Assembly: GCA_012295275.1 (NCBI GenBank)
Contig: CM022668.1
Location: 3,162,001 to 3,226,000 of the forward strand
Reading direction: 5' to 3'
Source of the DNA: Chrysomallon squamiferum
Lineage: Eukaryota > Animalia > Mollusca
Length of the DNA: 64,000 nucleotides
Part shown: positions 62,726-64,000 of the stretch, piece after piece
Layout: each line of letters opens with the position of its first letter
Numbering within the stretch: position 1 is the first letter of the stretch
Notes under the pieces: model-generated
Databases searched by the model: none
What the model was told of the DNA's origin: nothing
What the model saw: only the letters and a program-made list of their open reading frames with translations
Translations under genes and position numbers: made by a program

Positions 62726-63845
62726 TATTTAAATCTGTGTATCCCACGTTGAAAGTTCGCGACTAACCAACAGAAGTTTCAATCTTACGTAAAACATGGA
62801 TCTCAAATTTGTTCTAATTTCATATCCATCTCAGGATTAGTGTCTGTGTTTAATCCCTTCTTGTTAAAAACAAAAATTTAATACATTATATTATCGACAG
62901 ATTTTAATTTAACACATGTAAGACTTCAATAGGTTAATTAGCTGAAAAATAAACTACCAAACAAACGGAAATAGTTAGTTTTTTATTCAGCCACTTGATG
63001 TGAAACGTTTCCTAAAACTCGACAAAACTTTCACATGGAAGAAAATACGCGAGAAAACGAAATTGTAATGGACGATCGGGAACGCGCTATCGATTTTGAT
63101 TATTAACATTGGAAACAGTTATTATTATTATTATTTTTAAGTGAAATCTGAAAAAGCAATAATATCGATGTGGTAAACTATATTCTCTCGTTTCAAGCAA
63201 GAGTGGAATTAACATATTCTTGGGTAGTAAAAAATATGTAAACAATATTGGATTTGCATTCTCAAGTTACCTGAATTCGTACTGATGAGAAGAATTCATT
63301 AAAAAGTTGTTCGACAGGAGGATTAAAATAGTACGGTAAATACAAAACTGATGGTGTGATTTCTAGCTTTTTTTTTCTTTGCTGTGTTTTTACAATAATT
63401 ATATACAGAACATTAGTAATTTATTTTATTAATGTTTCAGTCGATTATTGATTTTCTATGAATTGTGTCTTACTTCGGTCTATTTTTGAATAAGCATTTA
63501 TGTACTGTAATGTATTTACAATGTAGATTATAATGTATGTGGTAATGTGTATGAAAATATATTTGTTGTAATGTATATGCAATTGCATGTTCAGTAGCTA
63601 CTATCTGTATGTGTATACTGTACGTATGTGCGTGTAGTGATGTGAGACCAAGTGCATGCGTGTATGTCTGTTTACTTTCTGTCTGCATGATGTTTGTCTG
63701 TCTTTCTCTCAGTTTCTCCCTCTGTCTCCTTCTCACTTTGTCTCTCTCTCACGCTAGTTTTATGCATGTTTGTGTGTAAATGTGTATGTGTATGTGTGTT
63801 CACTTTTCTGACTGATTATTTGAAATCGGAAAGAAACATTTTATT

Positions 63846-63927
<82 letters not shown>

Positions 63928-64000
63928 TTTATGATTGATTATTGAAAATATTATCTTCTATTTGTGTACAATCTGTTACGACTGAAACATTTTGTCTTTG

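Overview
AT-rich, microsatellite-dense eukaryotic (invertebrate, probably molluscan) genomic DNA; most ORF-track entries are microsatellite artefacts. Left third: a 20-exon + strand gene (1658-20492, about 930 aa, all exon phases reconcile by hand) for an unrecognised basic, low-complexity protein. It has 16 x 13-aa SPTRQETSPFQRV repeats and four intron-split T-R-T-S-x-L-R modules, and converges on a single-exon, atypical rhodopsin-class GPCR (23156-24280, -). Right half (29.9-64 kb): a heavily rearranged locus of secreted fibrinogen-related-domain (FReD) lectin genes. It holds one near-complete pseudogene, two genes cut by a 200-N gap, and roughly ten orphan exons or exon relics in both orientations, all within or beside a multi-kb inverted duplication. 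Interspersed are an Academ-type DNA transposon, Tc1 and Tigger/pogo relics, MITEs, a SINE and several minisatellites. All of this is by-eye analysis; no database searches or alignments were run.
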